This document shows, piece after piece, positions 42,106-52,333 of a DNA stretch of 64,000 bases. The notes under the pieces were generated by a model that did no database searches, was not told where the DNA came from, and worked only from the letters and a program-made list of their open reading frames with translations. Within the stretch, counting starts at the first letter, position 1; each line of letters starts with the position of its first letter. The DNA comes from Eubacterium sp. (GTDB lineage: Bacteria; Bacillota; Clostridia; Lachnospirales; Lachnospiraceae): assembly GCA_024681515.1 (NCBI GenBank), contig JAILAR010000026.1, positions 8,799 to 72,798 of the forward strand, read 5' to 3'. The translations under genes were made by a program, and so were the position numbers.

Positions 42106-44154
42106 ATGGAAGTGATTCTTGCAAAAACAGCAGGTTTCTGCTTTGGTGTGAAACGTGCCGTGGATATGGCGTATGCAGAGGCGGAAAGTGCATCACAGGA
42201 AAAACGCAGGGTCTACACATACGGTCCGATCATCCACAATGAGGAAGTGACGAGGGAACTTGAGGAGAAAGGAGCGCGCTGCATTGAGGATCTGGCTCAG
42301 ATCCTGAAACTGCCGCCTTCAACGATCATCATTCGCTCCCATGGTATCGGACGTTCGGAGTATGAAGCGATAGAAGCGGCAGGACACCGGATCGTGGATG
42401 CCACGTGTCCTTTTGTCAATAATATCCATCGGATCGTGAAAGAGCGGTCGGAGGCAGGGGATACGATCGTGATCATCGGAGATCCCGCCCACGCTGAGGT
42501 TCAGGGGATCCGGGACTGGTGTGTCTCTACACCGTATATCATCTCATCGGCAGAGGAGGTAGAGGCTCTTCCTGAGGTAACCGATCATCAGGTGACCGTT
42601 GTCAGTCAGACAACATTTCATCTAAAAAAATTTGAAGAAATAGTTGTATTATTACAAAAAAAATATTATAATAATCGTGTTTGTCAGACTGTGTGTAATG
42701 CCACCGAAGAACGACAGAAAGAAGCCCGAGAACTTGCTTCAAAGGTTGATGTCATGATCGTGATCGGAGGAAAACACAGCTCCAACACACAAAAACTGGT
42801 GGAGATCAGCCGACAGGCGTGTGGAAATACTTACTACATACAGACACTCAGTGATTTGGATTTGATGGATTTGTTCGAAGTGACTCCTTTTGAATCCGTG
42901 CGTAGGGTAGGTATTACAGCTGGGGCATCTACCCCGAACAAAATCATTAAGGAGGTTCATGACAGAATGTCAGAAGAAAACTTTGAACAGATGTTACAGG
43001 ATGAGACTCCTGTATCCATCAGAACAGGACAGATCGTTGAGGGTAAGGTTATCACCGTAAAGCCGGATGAGCTTGTGGTTAATATCAACTACAAGTCAGA
43101 CGGAATCGTTACGGCAAGTGAGTATTCCAATTCTCAGGTAGACCTCACAAAGGAGGTTCAGGTTGGGGATACGATCAAGGCGAAGGTGCTGAAAGTGAAT
43201 GACGGTGAAGGCCAGGTTGTTCTCTCCGTTAAGAAAGTGAAAGCGGAACTTGCATATGATGCACTTGAGAAGGCATTTAACGAAGGCGCAGTTGTAAAGG
43301 GTGTTGTAACACAGGCTCTTTCCGGCGGACTCAGTGTTTCCGTGGATGAATGCAGAGTATTCATTCCGGCAAGCCTTGTATCTGACAATTTTGAGAAGAA
43401 TCTGGAGAAGTATGTCGGTCAGGAGATCGAGTTTGTGCTTACAGAGTTCAATCCCTCCAAGAGAAGGATCATCGGTAACCGCAAGAATCTGATCGTTGAG
43501 CGTAAGAAGAAAGTTGCTGATGAGCTTTTTGCACGCATCAAGGAAGGTGATGTGGTTGAAGGGTCTGTAAAGAATGTTACGGATTTCGGTGCATTTATCG
43601 ATCTCGGCGGAGCAGATGGTCTGCTTCACATCTCTGAAATGTCCTGGGGCCGCGTTGAGCATCCGAAGAAGGTCTTCAAGGTTGGCGATATCGTTAAGTG
43701 CTTCATCAAGGAGATCAACGGTGAGAAGATCGCACTGTCCCTGAAGTTTGAGGATCAGAATCCGTGGCTGACTGCAGCTGAGAAGTATGCGATTGGTACA
43801 GTCGTAACCGGACGTGTTGCACGTATGACGGATTTCGGTGCATTTATCGTACTGGAGCCGGGTATCGATGCACTGCTTCATGTATCCCAGATTTCCAACG
43901 AGCATGTTGATAAGCCGTCGGATGTACTGAAGACCGGTGAGACCATCACTGCCAAGGTTGTTGATTTCAAGGTTCCTGAGAAGAAGATCAGCCTGTCGAT
44001 CAAGGCGCTTCTGAAGGACTTTGAGGATACGGATGATCAGGAGAGTGCAAAGGATAAAGCTGCTGAACTGGTAGCTGATACTGAGGAAGCTCCTGCTGCA
44101 GAGGCAGAAACAGCAGAAACCTCAGAAGAGGAAGCACCGGCAACTGAAGAATAA
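42106..44154 (+). CDS. ispH: bifunctional 4-hydroxy-3-methylbut-2-enyl diphosphate reductase / ribosomal protein S1-like
   Basis: The N-terminal part is LytB-like: GFCFGVKRAV, SHGIG, DATCPFV. The C-terminal part has four S1 repeats (GQIVEGKVITV, VVKGVVTQA, VVEGSVKNVTDFGAFIDL, VVTGRVARMTDFGAFIVL). Confidence 0.95.
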   Translation: MEVILAKTAGFCFGVKRAVDMAYAEAESASQEKRRVYTYGPIIHNEEVTRELEEKGARCIEDLAQILKLPPSTIIIRSHGIGRSEYEAIEAAGHRIVDATCPFVNNIHRIVKERSEAGDTIVIIGDPAHAEVQGIRDWCVSTPYIISSAEEVEALPEVTDHQVTVVSQTTFHLKKFEEIVVLLQKKYYNNRVCQTVCNATEERQKEARELASKVDVMIVIGGKHSSNTQKLVEISRQACGNTYYIQTLSDLDLMDLFEVTPFESVRRVGITAGASTPNKIIKEVHDRMSEENFEQMLQDETPVSIRTGQIVEGKVITVKPDELVVNINYKSDGIVTASEYSNSQVDLTKEVQVGDTIKAKVLKVNDGEGQVVLSVKKVKAELAYDALEKAFNEGAVVKGVVTQALSGGLSVSVDECRVFIPASLVSDNFEKNLEKYVGQEIEFVLTEFNPSKRRIIGNRKNLIVERKKKVADELFARIKEGDVVEGSVKNVTDFGAFIDLGGADGLLHISEMSWGRVEHPKKVFKVGDIVKCFIKEINGEKIALSLKFEDQNPWLTAAEKYAIGTVVTGRVARMTDFGAFIVLEPGIDALLHVSQISNEHVDKPSDVLKTGETITAKVVDFKVPEKKISLSIKALLKDFEDTDDQESAKDKAAELVADTEEAPAAEAETAETSEEEAPATEE

Positions 44155-44175
44155 GGGTATTATATTAAGAAGTAT

Positions 44176-44207
44176 AACGGGGCGGTTCTTCGGAATCGTC
44201 CCGTTTT
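44176..44207 (+). terminator. rho-independent terminator
   Basis: AACGGGGCG / CGTCCCGTT stem (one G-U pair) followed by TTTT. Confidence 0.6.
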
Positions 44208-44229
44208 CAGCTTACAAAATAAAAAAAAC

Positions 44230-44258
44230 TTGCATTCCGTGGATGGTTGTGCTATGAT
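44230..44258 (+). promoter_or_regulatory. rplS promoter
   Basis: TTGCAT, 17-nt spacer, TGcTATGAT (extended -10 box). Confidence 0.7.
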
Positions 44259-44311
44259 ATCAAGGCTGTGATCGTGGCGGTCCGCTGTATCGTGGGCTCT
44301 GGGAGCAGGAA

Positions 44312-44352
44312 ATGCGTAGTAATGCGTGGGATATACGCATGAAAATACGCAT
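44312..44352 (+). promoter_or_regulatory. structured element in the rplS 5' leader (candidate L19 autoregulatory leader)
   Basis: Nested helices ATGCGT(44312)-ATGCGT(44322)...ACGCAT(44335)-ACGCAT(44347) lie in a ~175-nt leader between the promoter and the rplS start. Confidence 0.4.
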
Positions 44353-44435
44353 AAAAGTATATCGATTCAGATATAGTTTACTATTTAGATAGAATGAACG
44401 CCTGATCAAATCATCTTATATTTGGAGGTAGTAAC

Positions 44436-44825
44436 ATGAGTGACAAGAACAACGAAGGTGCAAAGACAAGCATCGCAAACAGCGAGATCATCAGGAACAT
44501 TGAGGCTTCTCAGGCTCGTAAGGAAGAGCTGAAGTTCAATGTCGGCGATACCGTTCGCGTATCCGCTATGATTAAGGAGGGTAACCGCTCTCGTATTCAG
44601 GTATTTGAGGGTACCGTGATCAAGAAGCAGGGAACCGGAGCACGCAAGACATTTACCGTACGTAAGAATTCAAATGGTGTCGGTGTTGAGAAGACCTGGC
44701 CGATGAATTCTCCGCTGATCGAAAAGGTCGAAGTGGTTCGCCTTGGTAAGGCCAGAAGAGCAAAGCTTTACTATCTGCGTGACAGAGTCGGCAAGCGCGC
44801 AAAGGTAAAAGAGCTTGTAAAATAA
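44436..44825 (+). CDS. rplS: 50S ribosomal protein L19
   Basis: [41 protein letters not shown]...YYLRDRVGK, with a ~15-aa N-terminal extension. Confidence 0.95.
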   Translation: MSDKNNEGAKTSIANSEIIRNIEASQARKEELKFNVGDTVRVSAMIKEGNRSRIQVFEGTVIKKQGTGARKTFTVRKNSNGVGVEKTWPMNSPLIEKVEVVRLGKARRAKLYYLRDRVGKRAKVKELVK

Positions 44826-44844
44826 TGATTATTTCGATTATAAT

Positions 44845-44877
44845 AACACCGGGGTTTTCAAAGCTCCGGTGTTTTTA
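44845..44877 (+). terminator. rho-independent terminator
   Basis: AACACCGG / CCGGTGTT stem followed by TTTT. Confidence 0.75.
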
Positions 44878-44911
44878 ACTTTTTTATCAATTCATGATAC
44901 AGGTGCTGTGT

Positions 44912-45574
44912 ATGAAACGGAAGCATATCAGCGGTCAGGATTTTACACTTCAGAAGAAGGAAACCGCAAATGAACTGAAAAAAAGGCGGAAGAAGCTTTT
45001 CGGTGAGATCCGTGCAACATTGCTCGTGATCTTTGCAGCGGCAGTATTGGGATATGCCCTGATCACTTTCGGATTTCAGAGTATGACCGTACAGGGACCG
45101 TCCATGGAACCGTCTTTATCCGCGGGGGATACGGTTCTGGTCAGCAAACTGTCCTATCTGTTCGGCTCTGTCAAACGTGGAGATGTTGTGGCGATCCGGG
45201 CCATGGGATCGGATGCGTACTTTGATATCAAACGGGTGATCGGAATACCCGGAGATAAGATCGCTATCATGGGCGGGAAGCTGATGGTAAATGATGAACC
45301 TCTGGATCCTTCGTTTGATCCGGGAACAGTGCAGTCCCCCGGACGGCTGGCAACGCCGGTTACGCTGGGAGAAAAAGAATACTTTGTAATCGGTGATAAT
45401 ATCGGCAGCAGTGAGGATTCCCGTTTCTCTACCTATGGAAATGTACAGCAGTCGGAAATACGCGGTAAGGTATTCTACCGGCTGACGAAAGGAAAAAGGG
45501 GAAGGATCACGAATCCGACTGAGGACCGGTCAGAAGAAACAGAAACGGAAACAGAATCAGAATCAGAAGAATAA
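44912..45574 (+). CDS. lepB: signal peptidase I
   Basis: GPSMEPSL (Ser box), KRVIGIPGD (Lys box), GDNIGSSEDSR. The start could be 44894 or 44912. Confidence 0.9.
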   Translation: MKRKHISGQDFTLQKKETANELKKRRKKLFGEIRATLLVIFAAAVLGYALITFGFQSMTVQGPSMEPSLSAGDTVLVSKLSYLFGSVKRGDVVAIRAMGSDAYFDIKRVIGIPGDKIAIMGGKLMVNDEPLDPSFDPGTVQSPGRLATPVTLGEKEYFVIGDNIGSSEDSRFSTYGNVQQSEIRGKVFYRLTKGKRGRITNPTEDRSEETETETESESEE

Positions 45575-45586
45575 ACGGGATAAGCT

Positions 45587-46435
45587 ATGGATATTCAATG
45601 GTATCCGGGGCATATGACAAGTGCCCGCCGGATGATGCAGGAAAATATAAAACTGATCGATATCGTGATCGAGCTTTTGGATGCACGTGTGCCTCGTGCA
45701 AGTAAGAACCCGGACATCGATTCACTGGCAAAAGGAAAGTACAGATTGCTGATCCTGAATAAGATGGATCTTGCGGATCCGACGGCGACCAGGCGCTGGA
45801 AGGCCTACTACGAAAAACAGGGTTTTGCCGTACTTCTCATGGATTCCCGAAACAAAAAAGATGTTTCATCGGTTGGAAAGACGGTACAGGAGGTGTGCCG
45901 GGAGAAGATCGAACGGGATCGGAGACGAGGCATCGTAGGACGTCCGGTCAAAGCAATGATCGTCGGGATCCCGAATGTGGGAAAATCTACATTTATCAAT
46001 TCTTTTGCCGGCAAAGCGGTGGCAAAGACAGGAAATAAGCCCGGTGTTACAAAAGGAAAGCAATGGATCCGGATCTCCAAAGATATGGATCTCCTCGATA
46101 CGCCAGGAATTCTCTGGCCTAAATTTGAGGATCCTCAGGTAGGAACGGCGCTTGCGTGGATCGGCTCGATTAATGATGATATTCTGGAGCATACAGAGCT
46201 TTCGGTAAAGCTGCTGGTTTTTATGCAAAAATACTATTGCAATCTACTGTCAGATAGGTATAAAATTACGGATAGTATGTCCGCGGCTGAAGGATTGGCA
46301 CAGATCGCGGATGTCCGAAAATGTGTTAAAAAAGGAAATGAACCGGATCTTGATAAGGCAGCGAAGTGCCTTTTGGATGATCTTCGGAGCGGAAAGCTGG
46401 GTAAGATCACATTAGAGGATCTGTCAGGGGATTAA
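45587..46435 (+). CDS. rbgA: ribosome biogenesis GTPase YlqF/RbgA
   Basis: IQWYPGHMTSA, circularly permuted GTPase motifs NKMDL...GIPNVGKST...DTPG. Confidence 0.95.
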   Translation: MDIQWYPGHMTSARRMMQENIKLIDIVIELLDARVPRASKNPDIDSLAKGKYRLLILNKMDLADPTATRRWKAYYEKQGFAVLLMDSRNKKDVSSVGKTVQEVCREKIERDRRRGIVGRPVKAMIVGIPNVGKSTFINSFAGKAVAKTGNKPGVTKGKQWIRISKDMDLLDTPGILWPKFEDPQVGTALAWIGSINDDILEHTELSVKLLVFMQKYYCNLLSDRYKITDSMSAAEGLAQIADVRKCVKKGNEPDLDKAAKCLLDDLRSGKLGKITLEDLSGD

Positions 46436-46438
46436 TAT

Positions 46439-47518
46439 ATGGGATACTTTGACGAAAACGAGAAAACAGAAGAGACACAGGAATCAGGAAGTAAGGCAGA
46501 AGAGATCCAGGCCCTGATCGAGGGTGCAGGTGCTCTGAGTAAAGAAGAAAAGCGTTTGGAAAAAGAACGCAAAAAAGAAGAAAAACGTCTGGAAAAGGAA
46601 CGCCGCAAACAGGAAAAAATGGAACGTCGGATGCAGAAGGAAGGAATCGATGAACTTCCGGATGTCAGCATCGCGGACCTGAAACGTGCTGCAAAGGAAG
46701 CGGCAGAAGAATCCAAGCGTGCGATGGATGAAGTAGAGGGCAAAACTGCCGGACATGGTGCTCCGGAGGAACAGAGTGATGAATCGCAGGCCTCTGATAA
46801 TAAGCATCAGAATATAATTACAGAATCTCAGATAAAAACGACGGATGAAGAAGCGGAGATAATGACAGAGGGATCCGCTTCTGAACAGGACTCAGATCAG
46901 GATCCGGATCAGAACTCAGATCAAAATGAAACCGGTTCTGAAAAAAAGAGCAGAAAGAAGAAAAAATCAAAACAAAAAGAGCGTCCGGAGGATGTGAATA
47001 TCGTTAAGGATCTGCTCAGTCTGATCATATACATCGGAATCGTTGTTTTGATCTGCTTTCTGATCGTAACCTTTGTCGGACGCCGGACCACCGTACACGG
47101 GGATTCCATGGAGCCGACGCTGCAGTCCGGAGATGGCCTGTGGATCAATATGCTGGCTTACAAATTCGGTGAGCCAAAACGATATGACATTATCGTATTC
47201 CCGTATGAGGATGATGTGAATTATATCAAACGGATCATCGGACTTCCCGGAGAGACGGTACAGATCACGGATAACGGTGATATCCTGATCAACGGAGAGG
47301 TTCTGGTAGAACCTAAGAGCTTTGACCGGATCCGAAATAACGGAATTGCTTCCAGTCCCATTACGCTCGGACCGGATGAGGTTTTTGTTCTCGGGGATAA
47401 CCGAAACAACAGCCGTGACAGCCGTTGGGCGGATGTGGGAAATATCAAGCTGGATAAGATCATCGGAAGAGCGGCGTTTCGGCTTTTGCCGCTTAAGAAG
47501 TTTGGCTCTATCGACTGA
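46439..47518 (+). CDS. signal peptidase I paralogue with a ~200-aa highly charged N-terminal extension
   Basis: The catalytic part has GDSMEPTL, KRIIGLPGE and GDNRNNSRDSR. The N-terminal part has KEEKRLEKERKKEEKRLEKERRKQEK and SDQDPDQNSDQN tracts. Confidence 0.9.
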   Translation: MGYFDENEKTEETQESGSKAEEIQALIEGAGALSKEEKRLEKERKKEEKRLEKERRKQEKMERRMQKEGIDELPDVSIADLKRAAKEAAEESKRAMDEVEGKTAGHGAPEEQSDESQASDNKHQNIITESQIKTTDEEAEIMTEGSASEQDSDQDPDQNSDQNETGSEKKSRKKKKSKQKERPEDVNIVKDLLSLIIYIGIVVLICFLIVTFVGRRTTVHGDSMEPTLQSGDGLWINMLAYKFGEPKRYDIIVFPYEDDVNYIKRIIGLPGETVQITDNGDILINGEVLVEPKSFDRIRNNGIASSPITLGPDEVFVLGDNRNNSRDSRWADVGNIKLDKIIGRAAFRLLPLKKFGSID

Positions 47519-47522
47519 AAGC

Positions 47523-47552
47523 AGAAGGATCGTGGTGTACCGCGATCCTTCT
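47523..47552 (+). terminator. hairpin after lepB2 (terminator-like, weak T-run)
   Basis: 10-bp stem AGAAGGATCG / CGATCCTTCT, but no clear U-tract. Confidence 0.4.
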
Positions 47553-47579
47553 TCCAATGATGAGCATATAAAGCGCAAA

Positions 47580-47669
47580 CTAAAACAGGAAAAGTAAAGC
47601 GAGAAATCGATATATACGCGCTATATGATCCTCACGGAGCGCCGGAAGGCGCGAAGTATGGAATGGAGG
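47580..47669 (+). repeat. intergenic repeat, copy E2
   Basis: CTAAAACAGGAAAAGTAAAGC...ACGGAGCGCCGGAAGGCGCGAAGTATGGAATGGAGG, aligning with E1. Confidence 0.75.
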
Positions 47670-47674
47670 TAGCA

Positions 47675-48469
47675 ATGAGCACAGGCAGAAATATATGTGA
47701 GATCCGGACGGCATATCAGGAGATCACGGAATATCCTCTTATGGATTATGAACGGATGCGGGCAGCTCTGGAACGGCTGATCCTGGAAAACTCCGCAGAT
47801 CCCCGGAAGGGTGTTTTGCAGATCCTGAATCAGGCACGGAAAAAGATCGACTGGCTGGACGGAGAACTGGAACGTGTCCGTATCATGAAACGGTTTGATG
47901 AGGCATATCCGAATGCAGAACTTGTCTGCGGGGTGGATGAAGTGGGACGTGGACCGCTCGCCGGCCCTGTGATGACTGCGGCGGTGATTCTTCCGAAGGG
48001 ATTTGTTGTGCCGCTTCTGAACGACTCCAAGCAGGTGTCCAAAAAGCATCGGGAAGAACTGTATGATGTGATCCTGAATCATGCGGTGGCTGTGGGTGTG
48101 GGCATGAATCCTCCCTCCGTGATCGATTCAAAGGGAATTGAATTTGCAAATAAAGATGCCATGCGTCAGGCTGTCCGGAACCTTTCCGTAAAACCGGATC
48201 TGGTACTGGTAGATGCGGTACACATTCCGGATCTGGGCATTCCGCAGGATTCCATGAACAAAGGCGACACCAAATCCGCTGCCATAGCTGCTGCGAGTAT
48301 CGTGGCAAAGGTGACCCGGGATCGGTTGATGCAGGAATACGATGCGATGTATCCTGAGTACGGATTCAGGGATAATGTGGGGTATGGCAGTCCGGCGCAT
48401 ATTGCTGCCCTGAAACAGTACGGCCCCTGCGAGATCCATCGGAGAGGGTATATTAAAAATATTGTTTAA
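47675..48469 (+). CDS. rnhB: ribonuclease HII
   Basis: VCGVDEVGRGPLAGPV and NDSKQVS. ATG 47675 lies 5 nt after GGAGG. The N-terminal extension is about 70 aa. Confidence 0.9.
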   Translation: MSTGRNICEIRTAYQEITEYPLMDYERMRAALERLILENSADPRKGVLQILNQARKKIDWLDGELERVRIMKRFDEAYPNAELVCGVDEVGRGPLAGPVMTAAVILPKGFVVPLLNDSKQVSKKHREELYDVILNHAVAVGVGMNPPSVIDSKGIEFANKDAMRQAVRNLSVKPDLVLVDAVHIPDLGIPQDSMNKGDTKSAAIAAASIVAKVTRDRLMQEYDAMYPEYGFRDNVGYGSPAHIAALKQYGPCEIHRRGYIKNIV

Positions 48470-48493
48470 AATGCAGGCTTTGAGGATACTGCC

Positions 48494-48844
48494 ATGGGAA
48501 TGAATAAACGCTCTGTCGGGGGAGAGAAGGAACGGATCGCAGGAAGATATCTGGAACAGAAGGGCTTTCGGATCCTGGAATTCAATTACCGGACCAGAAT
48601 GGCGGAGATCGATATCGTAGCAAGGGACGGAGATTCCCTTGTATTCGTGGAGGTAAAATACCGGAAAGATATTTCCGACGGGCATCCGCTGGAGGCTGTG
48701 AATGCCCGGAAGCAGCGGAGGATCCGGATGGCGGCGCTTTATTATCTGGAGGATCATGATCTTTCGCCGGATCTGACGGCCGTTCGGTTTGACGTGATCG
48801 GGATCCTGGGGGATGAGATCACTCACATTGTAAGCGCATTCTGA
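48494..48844 (+). CDS. yraN: YraN family (UPF0102) protein
   Basis: GEKERIAGRYLEQKGFRILEFNYR...EIDIVARDGDSLVFVEVKYR. Confidence 0.9.
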   Translation: MGMNKRSVGGEKERIAGRYLEQKGFRILEFNYRTRMAEIDIVARDGDSLVFVEVKYRKDISDGHPLEAVNARKQRRIRMAALYYLEDHDLSPDLTAVRFDVIGILGDEITHIVSAF

Positions 48845-48921
48845 ACCTGTTGATATCGACGGCCGGATCATCGCACTTTGATCTTTGTGATGGACGGCAA
48901 TCGACATATGAGGGTATGTCC

Positions 48922-50307
48922 ATGCATGAACATCGGATCGTAAATGTGATACCGGACAGTCCGGCCGCAGAGGCGGGACTGTGTGTGGGAGATCTTCTGA
49001 TCTCCCTGAACGGCATGCCCGTAGAAGATGTATTTGATTATCATTATCTGGCAGAAGAGATATCCGTTACGATCACGGTGAAAACGGCGGACGGTCAGGA
49101 GAAGACGGTATCCATTGAAAAAGAAGAAGATGAGGATCTGGGACTGGTCTTCGCGGAATCCCTGATGGATGATTATAAATCCTGTTATAACAAATGTATC
49201 TTCTGTTTTATCGATCAGAATCCCAAAGGGATGCGGGAAACCATTTATTTTAAGGATGATGATTCCCGCCTGTCCTTTCTTCAGGGGAATTATATCACCA
49301 TGACGAATATGAAGGAGTCGGAGATCGACCGGATCATCCGGTACAAACTGGCTCCCATTAATATCTCCGTGCATACCACGAATCCGGAACTTCGGGTGTC
49401 GATGCTGCACAACCGGTTTGCAGGAAATATTCTGGAGCACATCCGAAAACTGCATGCAGCAGAGATCCCCATGAACGGACAGATCGTGCTTTGCAAGGGT
49501 GTGAACGACGGAGAGGAACTGTACCGAACCATACGTGACCTGTCGGAGTTTGCACCGGTAATGGAAAGCGTATCCGTGGTTCCGGTGGGGCTGACAAAAT
49601 ACCGGGACGGTCTCTGCCAGCTGAATCCTTTTACGCCGGAGGACGCCGAAGAGGTGATCGACATGGTGGAAGGGTTCCAGGCGGAGATCATGGAACGCTG
49701 CGGTACGCATTTTATCCATGCCAGTGATGAATGGTATATTCTTGCCGGGCGCGAAGTGCCTGAGGAGGAAACCTATGACGGCTATCCGCAGATCGAGAAC
49801 GGTGTGGGTATGACACGGCTTCTGTATGAAGAATTCCGACATGCGGTGGATGAGGCATGTGCGGCCGCAGCAGTCCACGGACTCAGACGTCTGAAGATGG
49901 GACGAGAGGAACGTCTGCTGGCTGCGCTTTCGAAGAAAAATCCGGGAAGAAAGGTATCGACTATCACCGGGGTACTGGCTGCGGGGAATACTTCCTTTAT
50001 TCAGGAGCAGCTGGCAAGGATCCGGCCGGATATCACATTTCAGGTTTTTCCCATACGAAATGATTTCTTCGGACCGCAGATCACTGTGACGGGGCTTCTC
50101 ACGGGACAGGATATTGCTGCACAGCTGGCGGATAAGGACCTGGGAGATGCACTTCTGATTCCGCAGGCATGTCTGAAAGCGGATGAGGATATCTTCCTGG
50201 ATGACATGCATCTGACGGAGCTTGAAAAGGCTTTACAAGTAAAAACGGTTATTGTAAAATCATACGGTATGGATTATCTGAAGGCAATTATAGGAGTGGA
50301 AATATGA
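48922..50307 (+). CDS. DUF512 protein (PDZ plus radical-SAM-like region)
   Basis: [23 protein letters not shown] is PDZ-like. [12 protein letters not shown] and [13 protein letters not shown] follow. ATG 48922 lies 7 nt after GAGGG. Confidence 0.85.
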   Translation: MHEHRIVNVIPDSPAAEAGLCVGDLLISLNGMPVEDVFDYHYLAEEISVTITVKTADGQEKTVSIEKEEDEDLGLVFAESLMDDYKSCYNKCIFCFIDQNPKGMRETIYFKDDDSRLSFLQGNYITMTNMKESEIDRIIRYKLAPINISVHTTNPELRVSMLHNRFAGNILEHIRKLHAAEIPMNGQIVLCKGVNDGEELYRTIRDLSEFAPVMESVSVVPVGLTKYRDGLCQLNPFTPEDAEEVIDMVEGFQAEIMERCGTHFIHASDEWYILAGREVPEEETYDGYPQIENGVGMTRLLYEEFRHAVDEACAAAAVHGLRRLKMGREERLLAALSKKNPGRKVSTITGVLAAGNTSFIQEQLARIRPDITFQVFPIRNDFFGPQITVTGLLTGQDIAAQLADKDLGDALLIPQACLKADEDIFLDDMHLTELEKALQVKTVIVKSYGMDYLKAIIGVEI

Positions 50308-51632
50308 GTAAACCCATCGTAGCCGTAGTCGGGCGTCCCAATGTAGGAAAGTCTACGTTGTTCAATGCGCTGGCCGGCGAGAGGATTTCCATCGTAAAGG
50401 ATATACCGGGCGTGACACGCGACCGGATCTATGCAGACGTCACCTGGCTGGATTATCAGTTTACGCTGGTGGATACCGGCGGAATCGAGCCGGAGTCCGA
50501 CGATCTGCTTCTTCGTCGTATGCGGGAACAGGCTGAGATCGCCATCGAGACAGCGGACGTGATCCTCTTCCTGACGGATGTCCGGGAGGGACTGACCGCA
50601 TCGGACACAGCCTGTGCGGATCTTCTGCGCAGGTCGAAGAAACCGATCCTTCTGGTGGTAAATAAAGTAGATAATTTTGATAAATTCATGGGCGATGTCT
50701 ATGAATTCTATAATTTGGGACTGGGAGATCCTCATCCGGTGTCGGCGGCATCGCTGCTGGGCTTCGGAGATCTGCTGGATGAAGTGGTGAAGCATTTCCC
50801 GGATGCGAAGGTGCAGGATGAGGAGGAAGATACCCGTCCGAAGATCGCCATCATCGGAAAGCCGAATGTGGGAAAATCCTCCATGATCAACCGCCTGCTG
50901 GGAGAGGAGCGACTGATCGTTTCCGATATTGCGGGCACCACCCGGGATGCGGTGGATACGGTGGTCCGTCATAACAAGACGGATTATGTTTTTATTGATA
51001 CGGCAGGTCTTCGCCGGAAGAGTAAGGTGAAAGACGAGATCGAACGCTACAGTATCATCCGGACGGTGGCAGCCGTGGAACGCTGCGATGTGGCAGTGCT
51101 GGTGATCGACGCTTCGGAAGGGATCACGGATCAGGATACAAAGATCGCCGGGATCGCGCATGAGAGCGGCAAGGGTATGATCATTGTTGTGAATAAATGG
51201 GATCTGATCGAGAAGGATGACCGGACCATGAATACCTTCCGGAAGGATATCCGGACCAAGCTGGCATTTATGCCCTATGCGGAGCTGATGTTTGTATCAG
51301 CGCTCACGGGACAGCGTCTTCCGAAATTATTTGATGAGATCGACATGGTTGTGAATTATCATGCCATGCGGATCCAAACGGGTGTGATTAATGAGATCCT
51401 TGCGTCTGCTACAGCGGAAGTGGAACCGCCGCAGGATAAAGGCAGGCGGCTCCGTCTGTATTATATGACGCAGGTGGCAGTGAAGCCGCCGACCTTTGTG
51501 ATCTTTGTCAATGATAAGGAGCTGGCACATTTCTCTTATATCCGATATATCGAGAATAAGGTGCGTGAGGCATTTCTGTTCAAGGGAACGCCGATACGGT
51601 TTATCATACGGGAAAGGAAGGAAGACCGTTGA
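50304..51632 (+). CDS. der: ribosome-associated GTPase Der/EngA
   Basis: Two G-domains, [12 protein letters not shown] and [12 protein letters not shown], plus a KH-like C-terminus. Confidence 0.95.
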   Translation: MSKPIVAVVGRPNVGKSTLFNALAGERISIVKDIPGVTRDRIYADVTWLDYQFTLVDTGGIEPESDDLLLRRMREQAEIAIETADVILFLTDVREGLTASDTACADLLRRSKKPILLVVNKVDNFDKFMGDVYEFYNLGLGDPHPVSAASLLGFGDLLDEVVKHFPDAKVQDEEEDTRPKIAIIGKPNVGKSSMINRLLGEERLIVSDIAGTTRDAVDTVVRHNKTDYVFIDTAGLRRKSKVKDEIERYSIIRTVAAVERCDVAVLVIDASEGITDQDTKIAGIAHESGKGMIIVVNKWDLIEKDDRTMNTFRKDIRTKLAFMPYAELMFVSALTGQRLPKLFDEIDMVVNYHAMRIQTGVINEILASATAEVEPPQDKGRRLRLYYMTQVAVKPPTFVIFVNDKELAHFSYIRYIENKVREAFLFKGTPIRFIIRERKEDR

Positions 51633-52300
51633 ATATACTGATTCGAGTGCTCTGTCTCCTGGCCGGCTATTGCTTTGGCCTGATCGAGACAGGGGTTTTG
51701 TACGGAAAACTGAAAGGAGTCGATATCCGGAAATACGGGAGCGGAAATCTCGGCATGACCAATGCTCTCCGGGTGTTGGGTCCGAAAGCCGGCTTGGTGG
51801 TCTTCATCGGGGATCTGCTGAAGGCGTTTATTCCGAGCCTGATCGCGAATATCGTCTTTCGGAATATTTATCCGGATACGTATATGCTCTATGTGCTTTA
51901 CACCGGTTTCGGTGCAGTGCTCGGACATAATTTCCCGTTTTATCTGGGCTTTAAGGGAGGAAAGGGGATCTCTTCTTCGGCCGGTGCGATCATCGGGCTT
52001 CTGAATCCCTGGATGTGTCTGATCCTTCTCACGATCTTTATCGTTACCGTTCTGATCACAAAGTATGTTTCGGTGGGATCCATCGTTTTGCTGCTTTCTT
52101 TTGCGATCACATACGTGATATTTGCGCTGAATGATCTATTGTGCTTTAACAGGGAGATCCCGGATTCGAAAGCGGCCATGATTGAAAGTATCATTCTGGC
52201 GTGTATCATGGCTTTGCTTGCCATTATCCGTCATAAGGCCAATATCGGCCGGCTGATCCGGCATGAAGAAAACAAGCTGTCATTCCACAAATCCAAATAA
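51629..52300 (+). CDS. plsY: glycerol-3-phosphate acyltransferase PlsY
   Basis: TTG start after [24 protein letters not shown] and [14 protein letters not shown]. Confidence 0.9.
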   Translation: MNILIRVLCLLAGYCFGLIETGVLYGKLKGVDIRKYGSGNLGMTNALRVLGPKAGLVVFIGDLLKAFIPSLIANIVFRNIYPDTYMLYVLYTGFGAVLGHNFPFYLGFKGGKGISSSAGAIIGLLNPWMCLILLTIFIVTVLITKYVSVGSIVLLLSFAITYVIFALNDLLCFNREIPDSKAAMIESIILACIMALLAIIRHKANIGRLIRHEENKLSFHKSK

Positions 52301-52333
52301 TTCGTCTGTATTATTGAATACAAGGAGAAATCT

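Noticed and set aside
48868-50211. Very long antisense ORFs opposite conserved genes. Examples are 48868..50211 (447 aa), 59143..60705 (520 aa), 54009..55460 (483 aa), 52349..53383 (344 aa), 18199..19308 (369 aa), 40556..41488 (310 aa) and 61320..62264 (314 aa).
   Set aside because: Each lies opposite a sense gene with clear family motifs (DUF512, metH, scpB/phosphoesterase, gpsA, the S8/S41 protease, ilvC). Their translations are Arg/His/Cys/Ile-rich with no motifs or SD sequences. They are typical shadow ORFs.
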